Shown: positions 54,008 through 64,000 of the stretch, in pieces
Layout: each line of letters begins with the position of its first letter
Position numbering within the stretch: position 1 is the stretch's first letter
Assembly: GCA_963693365.1 (NCBI GenBank)
Contig: CAVNZM010000001.1
Location: 7,642,907-7,706,906 of the forward strand
Direction of reading: 5' to 3'
DNA: 64,000 nucleotides
Origin: Amoebidium appalachense
Lineage: Eukaryota; Protista; Ichthyosporea
The notes under the pieces: generated by a model
Databases searched by the model: none
What the model saw: the letters and a program-made list of their open reading frames with translations, nothing else
What the model was told of the DNA's origin: nothing
Translations under genes and position numbers: made by a program

Positions 54008-56213
54008 CAACAACAACAACAACAAGAAAGCGAAAAGGGTCACAAAATGGCAAAAATGAACATGCAAAGCACCCAGAAAGCACGGAGATCGAGGGGGAAG
54101 AAAGGCGGGGAGGAGAAGGGGGGAGGGAGGGGGGAGGGACGGACAAAAAAGCAAACAAAACGAGAAAGGACCATACACACAAGATAAAGGCAAAGAAGAA
54201 GCAAAGCACCTGGAGGAGAAGGGAGCGGGGAAGGGGGAGGAGGGGGGAGGAGAGAAAGGCAGGCAGCAGGGAAAAGGGGAGGTTGAGAAAGAAGGAAAAC
54301 GGGGGGGAAATAAAGCGAGGAAAAAAGCGAGAAAGAGAGATGCGCACACCCACACCAACAAAACCACCCACACGGACATCCCCCCCCCCCCCCCCCCCCC
54401 CTCCCCCCCCCCTCCGTCACACACACACACACACAAACTCACAGACACACCCCGTGAAATTTTTTAGAACAATTAACCAGAAACTTTCAAGGCACGTACC
54501 GGTTATATCCGCCACATCAGTCAGGCCCACATCCAACACTTTTAACCCACTCCACGCCACACCCCCAATCCCCGTCAACCGTGTCGCCGCAAATACACCA
54601 CCTCGGGACCCCCCCTCCGCGCTCTCCCACCGTCAGAATCCACATTTCCAACCGGAGAACCGGTCAAATACAGAATTTTCAAAAAACCCCCATCGTTATT
54701 TCCGTCCCCGTCGAAAACCGACGAGACATTCGAAATTCTTGTTCGTCGCAAGAGAGCCTTGGTGAGAGATGTGTGGTTCTGCAATGGGCTGATGTCTGAA
54801 ATCGGACATTCATCCGCAACCAGAAATTTCAGCTTTGAGAGGGATGCCACTACGGAGATTGAGGAGACGCGTGTTTTCTCGCACGACAAAAACGTGAGTT
54901 GGGTCAGGGTGGAGAGGGGGGAGAGGTCGGTGACGGCAGTCAGGGAGAGGTCGAGGTGGTGTAGGGAGACACAGGTGGAGAGGGTGTCCACGTGAGCAAT
55001 CTGCGCGGAGGGGAGGGGGGCGGGGAGGGCCGGGGGGTGGGGGGGGGGGGGGGGGGTTGGCAGTGGTGGGGATGGGGGGGTGGGGTGGGGTGGGGTGGGG
55101 GGGGGGGGGATCTTTGTGTGAACGTTTATCGTGGGGACGCCGGTTGGCAGGTTGGGTGGGGTAAGCGTGTGGGTGGGGTGGGGTGGGGGAAGGACGGCAG
55201 GAAGGGTGCGAATGTGAGCGAGTCATATAAAATAATTAGTTTGTGTATCAGCAGCACAAGTGCCGCAGTACATGGGCTGTGTGTGTGTATTTGTATGTGA
55301 ATGTGTGTGGGTAGGAACAGTGATTTCCTTTGTTGTTTGGTAGGTAAACGAATGCTTGTTGGTGTGCTATGCACCACATGCTCTCACACTGAGATCCACA
55401 GGCAAGAACAAGTTAAGAGAATAATGTGCGGTGCAATATTGAAAAGAGAAAGGAAGGAAGGGGGGGGAGGGGGGCGGGGCGCAAAGAGAAAAAGAGAGGG
55501 GGGAGGGGGAAGAGGGGGAGAAGGAGGGAGGGAGGGAGGGAGGGAGGGAGGGAGGGAGGGAGGGAGGGAGGGAGGGAGTGAGTGAGTGAGGGAGGGAGGG
55601 AGGGAGGGAGGGAGGGAGGGAGGGAGAGGGAGGGGGGGGGGGGGGGGGGAGGGGGGGGGAGGGGGGGGGGAGGAAGGGGAGAATATCTAAACGTTGGTGA
55701 GCCTGGGGATAAAAGGAACCAAACGTGTTATTGGTGGACTATAAGGCAACTTGAAAAAGACTCGATGGCTACTTCCCCCCCCTCCCCCCCCCCCCTCCCC
55801 CCCTTCTCACCCCCCTCCCCCCTCCCTCCCACACACACAAAAAACAAAAAAAACAAAAATAAAAAATAAAGAGAGAAGAATAAAGGAATTATGCAGATAA
55901 GCAGACCACACACCCTTGGATTTGGAGCAGCAAATTTAATCAGACGAACAGCGCCAAAGGCACACACAGGCCCCAAGTCCTCCTCCTCCGTCCCCCGCGG
56001 CAGCAAAACCTCCCGTAGCTGCGGCCAGCGCTTGCCATAAAAGGAAAGTAGGGCAAGATGATTGACAGACATGGAAACTGGACCTGTTTCAACATGGCTT
56101 GCACGTGCGGCCTGCGCCCACTTTCTGTTGACCATGCTGCATGTTTTAACAACGAATGGAAGAGGGAGGAAGGTGAGGATGTGAGCTAGAAGCTCGGTCG
56201 GAAGGGCATCCAT
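52808..56213 (-). CDS. F-box / leucine-rich repeat protein (exons 56213-55914, 55000-54500, 53199-52808) with an apparent 1-bp frameshift
   Basis: F-box MDALPTELLAHILTFLP...CSMVNRKW; internalin-like 22-aa LRRs (LDLSLTAVTDLSPL, VDLEQTKVSDISPL, LNLCRTLVTDVTPL); exon 2 is 1 nt short of the phase required. Confidence 0.85.
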
Positions 56214-57759
56214 ATTTAGTAACGGTTGCTCGTAAACTTGAAACCAAGGTCGTCCAAATAAAGTAAGGGTTGCTCATACCTTCAACACTTAAATAGTTAA
56301 ACAGAGTCTGGAATAGCCAAGGCGCATGTGTGTAGGGGCCAGGACCCTGGATCGCCGCTGAGGATAAGAAACAGCGAACAAAAATCGTAGGAAAAGCAGA
56401 TGGAATGGATTTGGCAGTGATTAGCTTAGGCCTTGATGAGTTGTAGGACGTGTAAGTATGTGTGTTAACGGTGGATATGCAAATATGGTTCCTATATTTG
56501 GACATACAGTGGCTACAACGTTAATGAAACACGTGGGATGAAGGGATAATGCAAACGTCAGGTCACAACAGGATGGCCGGGATGCGCCATCTACCACAAA
56601 GAGAATTTGTCAATCCTTGGCAAACTCCCGTACCATTGCTTGTACGGTTAGGTGTAGGTCAATAAGTTATATTTTATTGTGCACAGGGAAAGTACTGTAG
56701 ACTTAACGGTATGGTTGTCAAACAAAAAAACAAAACAAACTATGATAGTGCAACATTACAAACAACATATCAGCTTGAGTCTCAGGACTGCTTCGATGGT
56801 GCTTCGGCTGTCATGAGACTCAGACCTCTCCTGACCTCTCCCGGGAAAACTAAACACTAAACCAATTGAAATGACTGAAAATAAATGAGAGCTCTCATTA
56901 ACGAATCCACAATGAGTATGTAGAGCTACATTTGGTTATCGTTAATGCTTCAGTTATCACGCTAAACCAGAGACTCCGCCGCAGAGTTGGCAGACACTGT
57001 GCAGACACAACTTGGTTTGAGAACGACGATTAGGGTCATGAGCATAGCTGAGAAGATTTTGCATGCACCTTGGTGTATTATGATTTTCACGTTTATTGCC
57101 TCTGGGCGTTTATTTCTGAATATAAGGACTAGGAGTGGCTGAATTCCCATTTCAAATCTGTGCAACCTTTCTTTGGAAGTGCTTCGAAGTTTGCACCTGC
57201 ACCCACACGTTAATTGTTGAATAGTGAAGCTACGGCATGTACTCGTTCCCATTTTGAGCACGTAAATCACTATTTTGGTAGTGCACATATCATCATCGAA
57301 GACGACTTCTGTGATTCAGCTCAACACATCTTACTATCAGCGGGTCCTTTCAAATCGGTGTAGCAGGAGGTTGATGCACCAGTGTGCACCTGGCCGCCAT
57401 TCGAACGACACACACGAAAACATATAAACTTCGCAGGCGCAGATTTCCATAGACATACAGCGCATCTGCACACAATCACACCACCTTTGAGGGCACACAC
57501 ACATACTGGTGCCAGCGGACAAAGGTACCGAACTCACGTACTGTACACGTTCAGACCACAACAAATACATTCCCCAATTCCTTCCCCCCCTCCCCCCCCC
57601 CCCCCCCCCCTCCCCTCCGTCCCCCCCCCCCCCCCCATCTTCCCCTCCCCCCTCCCCTCCCCTCCTCCCCCCCCCTCCCCTCACCCCTCCACTTGCCCCC
57701 CCTCAACTTTCCCTAGTGCACATACCATCCCAGAGTGCGCAGACAGCTTCGAGCGAAAA

Positions 57760-61126
<3,367 letters not shown>

Positions 61127-62239
61127 ATCTGCCTCGTTTTTATCAATTCATATATTCTCGGTAAGGAGTAAGGGGGCCACGTGCGCGCGTGCATTTGTGT
61201 GTGTCGGTGGGCCCGGGGGGGGGGGGGGGGGGGGGGGGGGAGATTAACTGTGTTGGAGCACTGTTCACTAGGGCAGTTGGGTATGGCTTTGCCTGTGTTC
61301 ATCGCAGATTGTTAAATCTGTTTGGTTTTATTGACACATGGGATGTGGATTTATGGTTGAATGTACTATAGAGCTTTCTGGTGTAACTCTGGATGCGCGA
61401 ATGGGATGCAGTACTTTTCTCTTTTCTATTTATCAATATTTTGGGGCCTTGTTGTTCAAGGTTTCTGATTGAATAACTCCAAGTCAGTTTGTGTACTGTT
61501 AGTACATGGCTACCGTGATATGAGATCCATATGCATATACCTACTTTTTTAGTCTTTTCATATCCACGGCAAGGAATGTAAAGGAAAATGAAATGCAATT
61601 AATGGCCGTCAGAGCACCGATGTGTTAATAGTACGTATACACACGTGTGACATGTGTTTGCTTGTGTGCCGGTACGTTACATTGTGTGGGTGTATTTGCT
61701 TGCATACGTCGAGAGAGTGCATGTGTGCGCGTGTTTTGGGGTTGTATGATTGTACGTTTGTGTGTACGTACTGCGTGTCTTAACAGGAAAGGCGGGGGGG
61801 GGGGGGGGGGGGGGGGGGGGGGATGTTGATACATGCGTGGTTGGATAGTTGAAACGGAAGGGGAGGAGGATGGGGGAGACCTGGGGATATAGCTAGCTTA
61901 GGAACTGCTTTAAGCCGCAAGTATGTAGAGACACGTGTTATGCTAACCTAAAAGAGGGTGGAGTGGAACAGCAATTGCAGGACATGCCGAAGTAGTCATA
62001 GTCGTATGTACATGAACTCTTGCGAGGGAATGGGTAGGTTGGGGGGGGGGGGGGGGGGGGGGAAGGAGGGGGGGGGGGGGGGAGGAGGGGGGAGGGGGGG
62101 GAGGTCGTCCAATAAGGTGCGTGCATGCGAGGTGTTTTTTGTTGAAATTACACAACGGCGGACATGGGCACACATCGATGAATGAAAATCAAAGCCTCAG
62201 GCAATTCAAATGCAACGCCTCATGTAACTATGATCTCGA

Positions 62240-62302
<63 letters not shown>

Positions 62303-62914
62303 ATCCACCTCCCCCCCGGTGCTCCTCGGGGTGTCTGCTGCCCACATCCTATGGAAATGCATGCTCATCCACCACCTCGTCGGCACCAGGGGCCCGGTTG
62401 GTCATCCTGATGCATGGCCCATCCCCCTTGAGATCATGGTCATGGACTTGTGCACGCGTTTATGCCAACGGTGCATGCTCGAGCAACCCCAAGGGCTTGC
62501 AATTGCGAAGCGATGTACACGACACCGTGCCTGTGCATATACGGATACGTGCAGCTAGAGTGAGCCTCGAGTGACACGCTGGGTTGCAACAGTTCGAATG
62601 TGTGCTCAGCTGCAGTACACCTGTCGATATACTCAGCAATATATATTCGAGCACCCCAGGCACACACATTGGACGGCTATACCGTACCCAAATACCCAAA
62701 CCCAAACCTAGATTTTGCAACCAGACGTCACGCATGCGGCATGACCGGTACCGCCGCTTCGCACTGCACGCCTATGTAATATAAAGAAAAATAAAAGGTA
62801 TACTATAATAAGGTATCATAAAATATATTCTATTTATGTTCCGTATTGATTTTATATTTTTAAGCCGAAAGTGTACCAGAAATATACGTAAAATCTTAGT
62901 CCTTGGCGTTTTCT

Positions 62915-63020
62915 CTACCACCTACTGAGGCGGTGTCTCCTTTTTTTTTTTTTTTTTTTTAAGTAGATGTAAAAAACGTCGCACGTGCGGCAACACGTCA
63001 GTACGTGTTAGGCGTTTTCT
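62915..63020. mobile_element. Partial second copy of the 25534 MITE-like element
   Basis: CTACCACCTACTGAGGCGGTGTCTCC-(T)n-AGTAGATGTA..ACGTCGCACGTGCGGCAACACGTC is shared with the 25534 copy. Confidence 0.7.
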
Positions 63021-63077
63021 TGCTTTTTCTTCTTGTCGCTGAAGCATTTGGGTTTGCAAGTTTGGGTATCTAAAAGG

Positions 63078-63109
<32 letters not shown>

Positions 63110-64000
63110 ACACACACACACCCCATTTCCTCCTCCTCCTCCAAAATTCCTATCCCAAAGTTTCCCAAACCCAGAAACGTGCAGCCACAGGCTACATAAT
63201 CACCAATAGAACTGAAAAAGCCAAAGCTACGAAATAAAAATAAAGCGACAAGTGACAAAGGACACCAGCGGGCAAAACCTTAAGTGTAGGCCTACGTGTA
63301 TGCGTGAAACTAGTTTGGGGGTTTACGCTGTTTACTCGAGGCAAAGAGAACCAGTCTCAGGTATGGGGGGGGGGGGGGTTTTGCTCGGAATATCCCCTCA
63401 GCGGTATATCATGATCACGTACATAGATGTCGGGTGGTGACTATATATCAGGGTTTACTTTCTCTACGAGACACCATAAAGACTACAAGGAGAAATCAAT
63501 TAGTTGGGGTTCCCCGTTTTTTTTACTAGTTTGCTCCAACTAGTCACGCGTATGCATCGATGTTGACCAGACCACACTCCGCAAGAAGACACCATTACTG
63601 TTCCTTCCCAACAGGCCCCCCTTAAAACCTATCGGGGCACAGCAAGAAAGTCAGCCTCTGAAAGAGCAATGCAGACCAAATCTGAGCTAAAAAACAATCC
63701 CAACGGGCCCGACCCCTAGATAACCCGCATTTACAAACAACCATTTGGGTGGGGTGTAGTCGCCCATTATATGCACGGAGAAAGAAACGTAGTGAAAAAC
63801 AGTTGCCATTCTAGAGGGCAAGCAAGAGCTATTGCGAACTCTCTCTCTCCGCGCTCACCCCCCTTTTTACAACGGCTATTTGTACGACAGGCGCGGGAGA
63901 TCTTTTCTGAAGACGAGTTTCAGAATTATTGGTTTCCACAGCAGAAGAAAAACGCGATGTCGGTCTCTCAAGAATACCGTTCTGAGCTTGCAGTCCTGCG

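Noticed and set aside
63470-64000. Repeat-free stretch with short open frames at the window end
   Set aside because: No recognisable motif or splice structure; needs the adjacent sequence

Overview
Eukaryotic, intron-rich genomic DNA saturated with (GT/CA)n microsatellites and long G/C homopolymers, so almost all of the supplied ORF track is repeat artefact. An LST2 homolog plus EGF_CA exons suggests a unicellular holozoan-like organism (inference). Splicing by hand (GT-AG, phase-checked) gives six gene models: a small unknown gene (-, incomplete), an LST2/ZFYVE28-like gene with no visible FYVE domain (-), a 13-exon secreted histidine acid phosphatase (+), a gene of tandem EGF_CA exons (+), an F-box/LRR gene with an apparent 1-bp frameshift (-) and a coiled-coil gene (+). 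There is also an orphan SdrD-B/Cna-B-like coding fragment. Mobile elements are a non-autonomous hAT carrying a truncated LINE, a tRNA-derived SINE and several MITE-like elements. The two most notable signals are (1) a family of about 14 dispersed, 5'-truncated, retroposon-like copies whose fixed 3' end (...GCATTCAAA) runs into poly(C) and which sit inside G/C homopolymer tracts, and (2) introns bracketed by complementary repeats, with GT/G runs near donors and CA/C runs running into acceptors.
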